The position numbers and the translations under genes are program-made. The notes below the pieces were generated by a model, which saw only the letters and a program-made list of their open reading frames with translations, was not told the DNA's origin and did not search any database. DNA of 64,000 nucleotides from positions 16,829,651-16,893,650 of the forward strand of contig OZ316891.1 in NCBI GenBank assembly GCA_973895155.1. Reading direction: 5' to 3'. The first letter of the stretch is position 1. Each line of letters opens with the position of its first letter. Positions 26,701 through 38,590 of the stretch are shown in pieces. The DNA is from Marsupella aquatica (lineage: Eukaryota > Plantae > Marchantiophyta).

Positions 26701-27786
26701 ACTGACGAGCGACACCCAGCAGCTGGAGGAGGCATGTCAGGAGGCAGCAGAGGAGACGGACGCGGCGAGGCAAGAGAACGAATCTCTGCTGGACCAGGTC
26801 CAGCTCCTCAAAGCGGACAATGACAGGCTTCAAAGGCAGCGGGATGGCCGTTCCCATTCGGGCGGCTCTGGCAAGCGTGCCAGGCATTAGCGGCGGAGTA
26901 GGAATAGATTAGGATTAGGACTGGCTTAGTCAGGCTCTTGGGACAGGCATCTGCCTTAGGTACAGCAGCGCTGCCCTGCTGTCCAGCCTGAGTAGATTAG
27001 GATTTTCTAATAAGACATAGCCGTTTTCCGGCCTGACTGTCAGCTTAGTTAGGACCTTAGTCAGCGAATCTTCGGCGAGAGGACACCCCGTCCCTCGGCT
27101 CTTAGTATTTAGTGCACCCCTCGGTAGAGGCAGGGGGGTTTTTAGTTTCAGAGTCAGACATCAGCGGGATATGCGGGGAGTCCCGACCTCTGGGAATGAA
27201 AGAGTACCAAGGGGAGGGGGTAGGACTAAGCTCGCCGGGCGAGTGCGGAGCCAGGCTCCGTTGTAGTGTGCACCCTCGGCCTTGAGCCTGTTCATTCCAG
27301 GGCTGTCGGGTCAACTAAGTGTACGCATATGTTCCCTTTGTAGTAAAATCCTTTCCCATCATTTTCCTTCGTGTAAATCGAGATTGTATGCATGTGTGTG
27401 CATATGTGTGTGGGTTTCTCGTATATGGGTGGCAGCGCCAGGCCAAACGCACTACCCGAGACGTGCACAGGGTGCAGCCTGTGGGTAAGTGGTTGCGAGC
27501 ACGGGTTGGGGACCTGTATCATCAAATCCGGATCAAAGGCGGACAGCACGAAGGCTTAGAAGCCCTTAAGCCGGGGTCGATCCTGCTATCGACTAAGGTA
27601 CGTTCCGGCGGCGGAACACAAACCATACCTAGGAGGTGTCCGTATTTAGCAATAGGCGCACTTAGCGCTAGTTTACGAGAATAAGGTGCATTACATGCTT
27701 CCCTTCCTGCCCGAACCCTCAGATTTACGAGGGATATGCCCGTCTAAGCTGAAGTCTGAGTTAAGGCCGAAGCCTACGACGTGACA
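23775..27786 (+). mobile_element. Element A2: complete 4012-bp ORF-bearing solo-LTR-like element
   Basis: TGTGACG...CGTGACA ends. Flanks CATCT / CGTCC are a decayed 5-bp TSD, and the empty site TGTTC-CGTCC-AGAAG is present in CACTA copy 2 (~47241-47255). TATAAAAGGGG at ~24133. No internal direct repeats. Confidence 0.9.
24241..26890 (+). CDS. Family A protein: Pro/Gln-rich linker, conserved globular domain (Transposase_32/PMD-like), C-terminal coiled coil; one frameshift near 26040
   Basis: A 633-aa ORF overlaps a 284-aa heptad-rich ORF in another frame. Core motif EFVKNYD...TRLRGRNMSLTEERLKMIFGLPEG. Confidence 0.7.
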
Positions 27787-28107
27787 CGTCCAAAAGCTGT
27801 TGTACTGAAGTGATCGGCCTCCGGCTTGGAGGTGAATCTTCAATTTTTTGTGGATCCGAGTGACTTCTGTCCAGCTGAGTTTTGCTTTGTCGGGACGATT
27901 GTGTTTGGCTAAGATGCTAGATTGTGGCTTGTCTTCTTGCTTCCAGCTTGTGTATATTCAATTAATAGAAGTTGGGAACGAAGTGACAATTGAATTTCCT
28001 TATATTAAGCATCTTGACCTAGAAACTCAATACATAAACTCCAGGAGTCCCTCGGGATATAAAATGAGCCAAATTGTTTCAAAATTGGGAACCTGCACCC
28101 GCACTAC

Positions 28108-28449
28108 TCAAACAAATGTGTTGGGCTTGGTGGCCTTGTAAGTCGTCTTTAGCTTTCGCGATGGAGGTTGAATCTTGCGGTACGTCAAGGGGAACTTGAT
28201 CTTTGAATCATGGAACTGCTTGGTACATTCTCGCTTGCACAGAGAGACAGGGACTGTCATAGTCTTGATGATCTGGATGCAAGGGAACCGAACTCTATGA
28301 CAAGAAGCCATCTCATCATACATCTGCTCTACAGCTCCGTTCAACGTGGTATCACGATATTCCTTGTACATGTTGTGATAACCTATACGACTCTGATACC
28401 TCACCCAGATACCGAAGTTCTTAATTGTGGTGGGCTTCTTTTCGAAGAT
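28108..28449 (-). pseudogene. RPL18A: Captured last exon of 60S ribosomal protein L18a (eL20), CACTA copy 1
   Basis: After a CAG acceptor: [44 protein letters not shown]...[16 protein letters not shown]-terminal exons are absent. Confidence 0.9.
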
Positions 28450-28998
28450 CTGGTAGACACATTATTCAGCATTTGCTAACTTTGAAACTAGAAGGGTAAC
28501 ATATTAAACAACAGAGAAACTCGCAACATCCTCCTTTGGTCCTTCAGAGTCTGTACTTTGATTATGAAGTTTGACTGAGTTTCTGTTTACTGAAAGAATG
28601 TGACTGTGTAAGAGTTCCGTTTGGCAGTGGATTGGTTGAAGCACTTCATGCTAGTGTGTTGTCCACAACTCTTCAACCAGCTTTCGTCTTCCTTGTCTTT
28701 CACCACTTACGATGACATCAATTCAGCTAAGACCATAGAAGGTTCCAAAGCATCTAACTTGTCAAATCGCATTCTGTTACATCAAGGACTAAGGTGTTGG
28801 GTATCAAAGGAGATAGCACAACAAACACGCTGAAAAGACTTCAGGACTGGGTTCAACAAGGTAGTGAAGGTGCTTACAGCCATAGTAAGTATGCATTCTG
28901 TATCTTTCTCTATTGATGTGAGCTTGTGCATAATGGGAGTTGTAGTTGGCAAGAGTTCCATAAGGCCAAATATGAATAGATCCAGAAGTATGTGTATG

Positions 28999-29037
28999 AA
29001 CCAAGTGTAGAGTTGACTCTTTCTGAATATTGTAGTC
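28999..29037 (-). pseudogene. Tiny captured ubiquitin fragment
   Basis: Translates DYNIQKESTLHLV, identical to the ubiquitin C-terminal region. Absent from copy 2, where the junction has ATGTG microhomology. Confidence 0.75.
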
Positions 29038-29550
29038 TCTTTCTGAACGTACAGTTTGGTAGGGCCAACGCCATGTGATCATGTACTTGCTCTATAAAGT
29101 TCTGAAGATATAAGCATTTTCTGTTAGACCAGGCAACTTGGGAGTTGGTAAGTGTCACCTGCATCTGAGGGGCTACACCGGGGGCATCAGTGGAGGTTCA
29201 CTTGCACAACACGACAGCCAATGAATTTTCTCTCTGGTGCAACCTGCAAGGTGAGACTTTCGGTCTTTCTGGATGAAAAAACAGGATCTTAATATGATTG
29301 ATATACATGTCCGTCGAGATCATGGGTTTATCACCAAGCTCTTTGTCTTAGGAAACTCATAAACTCAGAATCAAATATGTACTATGCACGTTTCATGCTA
29401 TGTGTATACTATGACCTGTAGTTGGAACCAAGACAATGAATGGGAACTGATTAGTTTAGGTTGGTTGCTGTTGGCGAGGCAAGTCGACCTCTTGCTCGCC
29501 TTGCTCATCAAAGGACGTGAACAGAGGACATCACAATAAAAGCAACACTT

Positions 29551-30000
29551 ATGGTGAGGACCCGCAATGCTGAACATGTGCGGCTTGCACGCAAGGCAGA
29601 GATGTTGCGCCTTGAGTATGTCAGACTTGGGATCCTTCCAACCCAGTCTGCATGGTACTTTGAGTACCCTGTTGTTTCCAGGAACAACTACAGCCGGCCT
29701 CTACCTGCTTCAGTACCCTTCCCGACATCCTTGGTATTTGTGTCTCTTGTACATGACCCACCACAAATTAGGTGCCAAGGGTGTGTGCACAGTTGCCAAT
29801 ATGATTGTCCTGCCTGTAGGGCTTCTGGCTTAGAATTGGATGACCGTTCTCTTGGATGCCGATTTTTGCACAGAGCACAATGTATCATCTGGAGCCACTC
29901 ACCATCCTGTAGTGTGCCTGGTGATGTTACTTGTCCTGCCCTCCCAGACCCCACCACCGGTGACTTTGGTGTCTACACATGTTTGGATCACATGCTCTAG
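29551..30000 (+). CDS. Cys/His-rich small ORF of unknown function (CACTA cargo, copy 1)
   Basis: 149-aa ATG-started ORF with CxxCxxxCxxxCxxC. Conserved in copy 2 apart from one stop. Confidence 0.4.
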   Translation: MVRTRNAEHVRLARKAEMLRLEYVRLGILPTQSAWYFEYPVVSRNNYSRPLPASVPFPTSLVFVSLVHDPPQIRCQGCVHSCQYDCPACRASGLELDDRSLGCRFLHRAQCIIWSHSPSCSVPGDVTCPALPDPTTGDFGVYTCLDHML

Positions 30001-30615
30001 AGGACCACTTGTCACACCGCATGCACAAACCAGATACCATTGACCTATAGCTTAACACTCTGACTTCAACACAGAGGATATTTACTTAAAATTTTGATGT
30101 ATGAGCAATTTTGGGTCCAGGGTTTAGGGTCATCAATACATAACTTATCCTATTATGCCTGCACTAAGCAAAATATCCTAATTTAAGAGGCTAGCAAACT
30201 CGCTTAAAAGTCTCTATTGAAAGATTGCTTTCATGATTGCTTTAACCTGGTGAACATTGCAACGTTCAATGAATTAATGGGCCATGTGATAACCTATAAA
30301 ATGTGATTTATGCCTCACTTATTTGTCTCAACCACTATCATAGCCTATTTAGGATGTATAAATTTCAACCCTTATGACACTGCTTCATACCAATCCTCTT
30401 TGAAGAATGCCTGTTTTACATGTCACGACTATTGTATGTGATTCAAATGCATGAAATGTTGTTGCAGATCTCCTTTGGTGAATCATAGCCACAATTAAAA
30501 TTGAGGTGTTGGTGGAGCAATTGTATTAGGGGATCAGTTTTGTGTGTTGGTTCAACATACCAAAAGTATGTCTGCTCTGCATCCTTGTGTGGCCATTCCA
30601 ATTCATTGCAGTAGC

Positions 30616-30759
30616 AAATGCCTTTGTACCTTAAATGCTAAATATATTTTACTTTCTGTGCAGTCTGCTAAATTGTAGAGTCTATCTAAATGCCTTTGTA
30701 CCTTAAATGCTAAATATATATTACTTTCTATGAAGTCTGCTAAATTGTAGAGTCTATCT
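30616..30759 (+). repeat. 2 x 72-bp tandem duplication upstream of the PHD ORF (copy 1)
   Basis: AAATGCCTTTGTACC...GAGTCTATCT occurs twice. The same duplication is at 49967-50110. Confidence 0.9.
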
Positions 30760-30770
30760 CATGCGCAGGC

Positions 30771-31451
30771 ATGCCACGGCCTAAAATTCAAGCCAAAAAG
30801 CGTGTGACAGAGGTGAGAAACACAGGTGTACTTGGGGCAGATGCTACTAACTTCTCTGCAAGTCAGATTTTCTAGAAGACAGCTCATTGTTGTGCCATTT
30901 GTGACGATGGTGGGGGCCTGGTCATTTGTGAGGGCCCTTGCATGAGGTATTTCCACCTCAACCCGGAGTCTGACCTTGCTGCAGAAAACAACTGTCCAGG
31001 GGTGGGCCTCCCGTCAACACACCAGGGAGACTGGATGTGCACTGATTGTTTGGAGAAGCAGGCTAAGTGTGCACAGTGTGGGAAGTTGGGGTCCTATGAG
31101 GGCTCTGTTGATGCTGTAGCAAATGTTAGGAAATGTCCAGACCGTTTTTGTGTGAGATTTTTCTGTTTTGAGTGTTTGCCTGTTCATGCCACAGCTTGCC
31201 CACTTCATAGGTGCAAGGCATGTGGTGAGCATGATGATGACTACTGGACTGACATAGTCGACTGTGCTAGGTGTCCCACTATGTGGCACTATCATTGCCT
31301 GAAAGATCGTCAAGCAGAAGGTTATGCTTGTGACAGAGAAATCTATGATCACTCTGCACATGGTGTTGATCGATGGATATTTTATTGTCATTGCCATGCC
31401 ATTGATCCTACCTCACGCACTCCTGTGAGAGATCATATATCTTGGCTGTGA
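30771..31451 (+). pseudogene. EDM2-like composite PHD module, copy 1 (early CAG>TAG stop)
   Basis: Near-identical to 50122-50802, but TTCTAG replaces TTCCAG at ~30872. Confidence 0.85.
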
Positions 31452-32075
31452 AGCTGAACATTGTACATGCACAGTGCACCTGATGTGGATGTACTATTTT
31501 TTGAGATTGCAGAGATTCCAATTTTGAAAAGGAGTTGGGTAGGCGAGTTTATATAGGCAACACTTATCTTGTGCTCTGGCGTCAGTGGCTGGGTACATGC
31601 CTATAAAAACTTATCCTTACAAGCCTTCTTGGAAGTATTTAGGCTGAGTGGTCATTTTTATAAATACTTTCATCATACTGCTAAATTAAAATAGGACTTC
31701 TAAGTTGTAAGCGTATAAATTATCAGGCATGCAATTAATCAAATTGCCCTATAAGTTTATCATTGAATGTATCCTCCTTTACAATAAAATATGTATGTGC
31801 CATGACAAGTTGGTTGCACTTCATTTCACCTTCGATATGGATTTTGTAGTATATATTCAAACAATGTCCTGCATCCGTGCAGGTGCCTAGTACGTATTGT
31901 TCACATATCCCTTGTACCTATCAAAACCGGACCTGAGCACCAGTGGGCCAGATCAACTCAAAAAGCAGGAATTTTGTTGTCCTTGTATTGTCAGGTGAAC
32001 CCATTCTTCAAAAATTCACTGTCATCATGTAGGGTGTGTGTACATGGAGCCTGGGAAACGTAGAAAGTGTGACCA

Positions 32076-35000
32076 TGTGATGCCTAGCCAGGAATCACTA
32101 GGCCAGTTAAGTGGGGAAACGGAGGTGTACCCTATAAACACATTAGTATAGTAACAAAAACAAGGAAAATATAAACAATTAAGGGTGGCTATGGAACCCG
32201 GGCCGTGGCCGGAGGTAAGGACGTCGGGGGAGAGAACACAATTAGGGTTAGGGCGCGCTAAGCATTGGCGGCTAGGGGTAACCAACGGGAGGAAAGACCA
32301 GAGGAGGAGAGGGGTAAGGACCGCTCGCAAGGAATGGTGGCTCATTTGCAAGCACGAACTAGGCAGACGACTACGGAAGGCCAACTACTGTCAGCTACTT
32401 AGGCAAGCACTCGGGGCGGGAGCAGATACCAACGATCGAGTCAAGAAGGGTATGAGCAACGTCAATCAAGCGGCACATTTTTGGGGATGCCTATTCGAAC
32501 GGGCAACTGAGTACATTAAGACTTACGAGGATGAAGAATCGGAGAGAACAGCTCGAGAATGGCAGGAGCTCGCTCGACAGTGGGAGCTGCAGAAGTCTGC
32601 CTTCTTAGGAGGAGAAATCATCAAGGCCGAGTTCTTGTGGACTCCTACTGCCAATCAGCTCGATGACCTTCTATTTTGCGAAGACAGAATCGTCGGCATT
32701 CGGGAAGCCATCAACCGCTGCAACAACGCGCACTGGGAGTTGAAGGGTAGCACGGAGGGGTGGACAAAGGCAACTGTGCTAGGAGAAACATCCACGGCAG
32801 CCGAGATGAAGAGGAAAGGAAACAACAATGAAGAGGCCACCCCGGCAAAAAGAACGAGGTCGGCGGCACCAAGGAAGCCAGCAGAGCAGCAGAACAGGAG
32901 GCAGGGAGAAGCCGAATAGGAGGAGGTTGATCCCATCAATGCCATTCCAACAAAGGATGACACCTGGAAAGGCTGGGCGGCGACCCTACTAGAGGAAGTG
33001 CAATTACATTTTGCACGGGAGGAGGATGCATGCTTTACGACCATGCAGATCAAGAAGTACCAGGGCTTCATGGCCGGATCCGGCTTGGAAGCCTTCATAA
33101 GATTACCATGGCTAAAGCCGGAGGTGCCGGACTCAGACTTATTAGAATTTGTGGGATCATGGGAACCCAAGACCAATTCCACGAGGGTGTATGGGAAGGA
33201 TTTCTATCTCACTCCTCGGGTGATTGGGGAGGTGTTTGGCTTGCCGATGGGTAATAAGACCAAGGTTGATACTAGGAAGACCTTACCTGACAAGGAGTTC
33301 CGGTCGTTCCCAGGACCATCAACGAAGAATGGCTTCTTCTGGAACACCTGCACCAACCCGCACATCGGAGATATGATCAATTTCTTGCGGGTGACCATGC
33401 ATTGTCACTTGCCAAGGGCAGAGATCGGCAAGGCTCAGGTCTACCTGGCAGAAAGGCCAGACCCAAGCCGGGATTACAACGGGTACCTCCTCAACCAACT
33501 GAAGAAGATCTTGAAGGAGGAACAGCAAGTGATCGGCGTGGGAAGCGTGTCCCGACTTGGCTATCACATGCCGCTGTTGTGCCGGTATGCCAGAAGTCAA
33601 ATCTTTGCCCCAGTACTTCCCCTATCGGCAAGGGCACCGGAGGAGGTTCCGGAGCAGAGGCCGGCAACAGAAGAGCCCAACCAACCTGCCAGTCCTACGA
33701 TTGAGCAGGTGTTTCGCCAAAGGAAAGATGACTTGCCGATGCAACAATCAGGCATGCAGAATCTGCTGAAATTGTTGGAGAAGGAGAGAACGGCACCAGC
33801 AACGGCAACGGCACCGGTACAGGACACTGCCCCAGAGGCCGGCCTAAGCCGACTCAGGAGGCACCCCTTTACCGGAGCCAACGAGAGAAGGAGGCCGGAA
33901 CACAAGCTGGGAGCTCGAATGTATGTGGGAGCCTCAAGCCCCGAATCGGAGGCAGAGCAGCCTAAGGCTCCTTCCCGTGGAAAGCAGAGGGAGAGGACAG
34001 CCTAGAAACTAGAGGAGGAACAAGAGCTCGTGATCTGTGAGGCCGTTTTCATGGCAGGACCAGGGGAACAGAGGGGGAAGCCGAGAGTCCAAGCAGTGGA
34101 GGAGGAGGTGGAGGACTACAACAATGATAACTCCGGCTATGGGTCGGATCATCATGTTCAAGGAGTAAGGACCTGTGGCCGGTTTATCCCCACACTTCCA
34201 AGAGTAGTTCGAGGGGACCCCACCCAGCAGAGTAGCCCCGAGTCTTCCCCAACAGAGGTTGCTCCCCCAAGCTTTGACGGCATAAAGCAGACGACACAAG
34301 AATTTCAGGAGCGACTTAGGGAGGAAGAGAAAGCAGCCCTGGCTAGGGAGAAAGATTTACCAGGAGGAGATTGGCCGGAGGACATCAGGCGGCTTGCCAA
34401 AAAAAGAAGCAACCCTCTTGCCACCGTAGAAGAAATCCGCAAGGCGGCTTGGGAACAGAGGCCGAGGTGGTTGATGCCGATGATTTCTACTTACTCCACC
34501 TATCCTAAAGATAGAGCCATGGAGTACGGGGAGATGTGTGGGGACCTGGCGCTCAACATCTTTGGGGAGGAGTTGGAGCAGGGACCGTTTTTCCAGAGGG
34601 AGATGTTGGAGAAGCACCGATTAGAAGAAGCGGTGGCTTTGGAGAGAAGCAAGAAGGACAAGGTCATCCGGCGGCTTAGGGAGATGGAAGCCAAGGTGGA
34701 AGACTTGCAGGCGCCTAAGAAAGCCCAAGATGAGCTGCGGATTAAGCGACATGAGCTAAACATCATGCAAGGACAATTGGATGCCGCTCAGTCTGGCAAT
34801 CAGATTATCAAGGATAAACTGACTCGAACCCAAGGAGAGTTGGCCAGCGCGGTCAAGGACAGGGAAAAGTGGAAGCATGAGCTGAGGGACGCAGAGGAGG
34901 CCCACATAACCGCCAACAACCGGGCCATGGCGGAGACTCAGAGAAGGGAGAGGGCGTTGAAAGGAGAGCTCGAGGATATCCGCGGAGCCCTTGAGCAGAA

Positions 35001-36794
35001 GGAGGCCGAGTTAGGGAAATCCTATCAAGGGATTATTGCGCTGCAGCAGGAGCTTGCGTCCCTGACGGCCAGCTTCAAGGCCGACCTGCGTGAGTAGGAC
35101 GACCAGCTCGACCAGACTTATGCCAAGATGAATAAGATGGAGTCTGAGGTCGTAGCGGAGCTCAACAAGGAGCTAAGAGCAACCCAGGAGGAGAGGGCTA
35201 CCTTAAAATTGGAATTGGAAGAAGCCAGAAAGGAGGTGCAGGAGGGACAGAAGGAGCTGGAGGAAGCCCAGGAGGAGTTGGAGGAAACCACCAGGAAGAT
35301 GGAGAACTTACAGCGGCGGGCCGACAACCAAACGGAGCGGCTGAAGAAACAGGCCGCAGTATTTAAGTGCTTAGCTTCATCTGGTCCAACTCCAATTGTG
35401 GGAACTCCGTTACCAGGAGGGGTACTGGCCGAAACACAAGCCGAGACACACGCCCCGGTGCCGGAGGTAGGTAGCAAGGGGAAGGGACCAGCTACCGAAA
35501 CAGGGAAGAAGAAGAAGCGGAAACCTTCTGGGTCTGGGAGTTATACGGCTTACCATGTCGTTGTGATCCAAGAGGTCAACCCGGCACCAACCTCCGGCAT
35601 GATTACGGTAGTAGATCCACCTGTTGAAGAAGGTGGGGATGGCAAGGCCAAGGCCGGGACAGCTATTGATGAAGCCAAGGTACCGGATCCTCCACTAGAA
35701 CATGTCGGGGAGGCCAAAGCCGTATCGAGGGCCGTGACCGATGCTGGGGCCGAAGCCGAGGGTGGACCCAGTCAAGCCGATGAAGAGTTGACTCAGTCCG
35801 GGGCAGGTAATTTGTCAGAGGACGGACCGACGGCAGTGGCTGCGGGGGAAGTGTTGGGGGCGTCCATTGAGGGTCCGCCACCGGTGTCGTGATGGTGCAA
35901 GGGCGCCGTTCCTTTTAGGAAGGGCGGACGTGAAGGTAGGAGGCGTGAGTGGGCAAGGCGGGCTCAGATCTCCAAGTTTAGGATTAGGATCAAGACCAGG
36001 AGACGGCCCTGACACTTAGATTAGTGGGATGGCGGATCCACTGGTAGGAGCAACACTTGTGCTCCTGCCTCGCTGTACAGTTAGGTAGATTACAGGTAGG
36101 ATAGATTAAGCTTACACAGCGAAGTTCTGGACAGATCCGCTGCCAGGATAAATACCTGGGCAGCGGGGAGTCCAGGGCCTCTTCTTTAGCAAGTTTTTAG
36201 TTGCACCAGCAGGGCTGGGATCAAGTAGTAAGAGAAGCTCTTGGTTAGTTATACAGTGACCCTTGTGTATATTCATGTTTCCTCATGCCTAAGAATTGAA
36301 TAGAGTTGGCCTCACGGCTTAGTTCGTAGAGCTTGTGTATGAGATGTACTATTTGTATGGCAAGTGCATGGTATAACTCAGTCAGAAGGAGTCATTTTGC
36401 TATTTGTGTGTCGCATTAACTTGTGTGAAGAGTGCCCACATCAATGAAGGGAAGTAGCAAGGGAGTGAGAGTTGGATGTGTCGAGCTGAGAGAGGTCTTA
36501 GCGGCTTAACCAAGCCAATTGGGGATCATTTCGGCGGCGGAATCCAAACATACCTAATGGAAGACCAGGAGAGGAATACAAGGGAAGGCCTAGAATAGGC
36601 CGGCTAAGTATCTCATGACCCGATGAAAGATCTGTCCAGTATATGTGTGTAAAATGTTAATAGTAGTAGAAGGAGGGTTAGCAGTGTCCCATGCCGCTAA
36701 GCTGCGGAAATGGCCTCGCCAAGGACGAAACCTACGGGAATCGGCTTGAGCAAGGGGGTTTTCTTGGGTTTGGGGAGCCATGGGACGCACCACA
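32076..36794 (+). mobile_element. Element B1: complete 4719-bp ORF-bearing solo-LTR-like element
   Basis: TGTGATGC...GCACCACA ends (7/8 inverted match). Perfect GACCA TSD (32071-32075, 36795-36799). Empty site GTGT-GACCA-CCCAG in copy 2 (~51423). No internal direct repeats. Confidence 0.95.
32191..35892 (+). pseudogene. Family B protein, ~1230 codons: Transposase_32/PMD-like domain plus long coiled coil; three in-frame TAG stops
   Basis: The ORFs at 32185, 32998, 34030 and 35128 share one frame. Stops at 32917 and 35095 are sense codons in B2; the stop at 34003 lies in a region B2 lacks. TATAAA lies about 20 bp before the ATG. Confidence 0.85.
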
Positions 36795-37724
36795 GACCAC
36801 CCAACAATGTTTACAGGGGTCAGAGCGATTTTGGTCCATGGCCAGCATGGGTTGACCAAAGTGCATTGGTCAACTGTACAGAAATGATTCTCTGAGCTCC
36901 ATGGCACTATAGTTCAGGACATCACTCCAGAGACTACACATGTTGTTGCAGGGACATGGCTATCAGTGATAAAGAAGTGGTCATGGTCCTACATGAATTT
37001 TGCAATTACTAAGCAAGGCCTAAACGTAGTTGAGGCCTCTTGGATCACAGATTCCATAGTACATAAGATTGTACAGGATACTGAACAATATGAGCTGTGG
37101 GAGGATGAAGAAGCTACTGCATCAGCTTGGGCTGAACAAGAAGTCTGGGAAGCAAAGGCACGGCTTGCTGATCTCCAATATGGACCTGTACTCAACAAAG
37201 GACAGAGCTCTACAAGGCTGAAGAGTATGTTGGCTGAGGAGACGAAGCAACCAACCCCCATTCTGAAAGGGCTGAGCATGGTATTTGTGGAGGCGGGAAT
37301 TGGAGAGGTTAAGTGCAAAGTGTACAAGTCCACAGTGCTTGACCTAGGTGGGACAGTGGAGGAGAATATAACAGAGGACACCACTCATGTCATTACTAAG
37401 TCATATCCCAAAGCCTGCCGCAAGTTTGGGAAGGGAGACATTCGCTTTTATGTCATGTCCCATAATGTGTTTGTGGTTTCATATGCTTGGCTTGTGGAAT
37501 CAGTAGCAGCTAGGAAGCGTCAAAACCCAATGGACTATGATCTTTTTGAGGCCTGGCCACGGAAGGGTCAGGATCCTTACAGAGAGGACTATGAGACAAC
37601 AAGTGAGGAATGGGTCATTAGCGATTCTGAATCAGAGTGAGGAGTAGTAGCATCAGTTTGGACACAAGTTTTTTTTGTAAAAATCAGATCATTGAAATAA
37701 ATGTGATCTTTGAACTAATGTACC

Positions 37725-38186
37725 TTGTTATGGTTGGTGGCAGTTGGGCTTATTTTACTGTTGGCGGATTGTTGTTTCCTGCTGCCTGGGGGTGTCACTG
37801 TAAACGTACTGGGTGGGCTCAAATCTCGGCGGCAGACTTTGGTGGGTATGTTGCCTTTCCTAGATAAACAGGCGCTATTACGGCTCCTCCTCCGGGTTGC
37901 CATATGGCTGGCCACGGTTAGGACTCTCCTGCATGGGTTGGTGCTAAAACATTTCTTGGCACCGCCTGAGGATGCAAGAGACGTTGAATCTATCGTGAAT
38001 GAGGATGCACAGTCCGAAGTGGACATCTACTTTTCAGCAGATGAGTTAGACAAGCCTGATGTTGTAGGTGGTTCCATGTTGCCTAATTTGGCAGATGATA
38101 TAGTTCTTTCACATGTCTGGCCGAGGGTTCTTGTGGTGTCCTGTGCACAAGATATCTGCAAATATAGATTTAATGTACATGCCTGA
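37725..38186 (+). CDS. ORF with hydrophobic N-terminus and an F-box-like motif (CACTA cargo, copy 1 only)
   Basis: MLPNLADDIVLSHVWPRV resembles the F-box start LLPGLPDDI...LxRL. Region 37810-38325 is missing from copy 2. Confidence 0.35.
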   Translation: MLWLVAVGLILLLADCCFLLPGGVTVNVLGGLKSRRQTLVGMLPFLDKQALLRLLLRVAIWLATVRTLLHGLVLKHFLAPPEDARDVESIVNEDAQSEVDIYFSADELDKPDVVGGSMLPNLADDIVLSHVWPRVLVVSCAQDICKYRFNVHA

Positions 38187-38590
38187 GTACCTGAGGTCTG
38201 AGTGGCATCGAGAACAGGGTTGGTACCCATATCTCACCTGGTAATAAGGTGAGATATGTGATACCACTCTCACACCTGTGCCTGTGACTATACATGATTG
38301 GACTCTGATATGGTCATGGGTGTACATGCAGAGGCGGTACATTTGAGGACAGCAGAGGAGGTGGTGACACCCTCCAACATTTAGGAATTTTGTGTCATTC
38401 ACTTGACAATAGGTACACTACTCGCAAACCTGTTTTTTTCTTTTGGGGTGGTTTAGGGTTTGTGAGAATTTAGTACATGTTATGTTAACTCTTTTGGTAG
38501 ATACAGTCAGGGATATATGGAACACAAATACCACCATTAGGCATCCTTGTTCACTGCTGTCCATGACTGCAGAGCTCCCAGCCTGTTACA

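Larger units (their letters stand above)
32044..37640 (+). pseudogene. Tandem-BRCT gene, copy 1, split by B1 (coding 32044-32075 + 36800-37640) and with a CGA>TGA stop
   Basis: Matches 51396-52268 on both sides of the B1 insertion. Confidence 0.85.
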
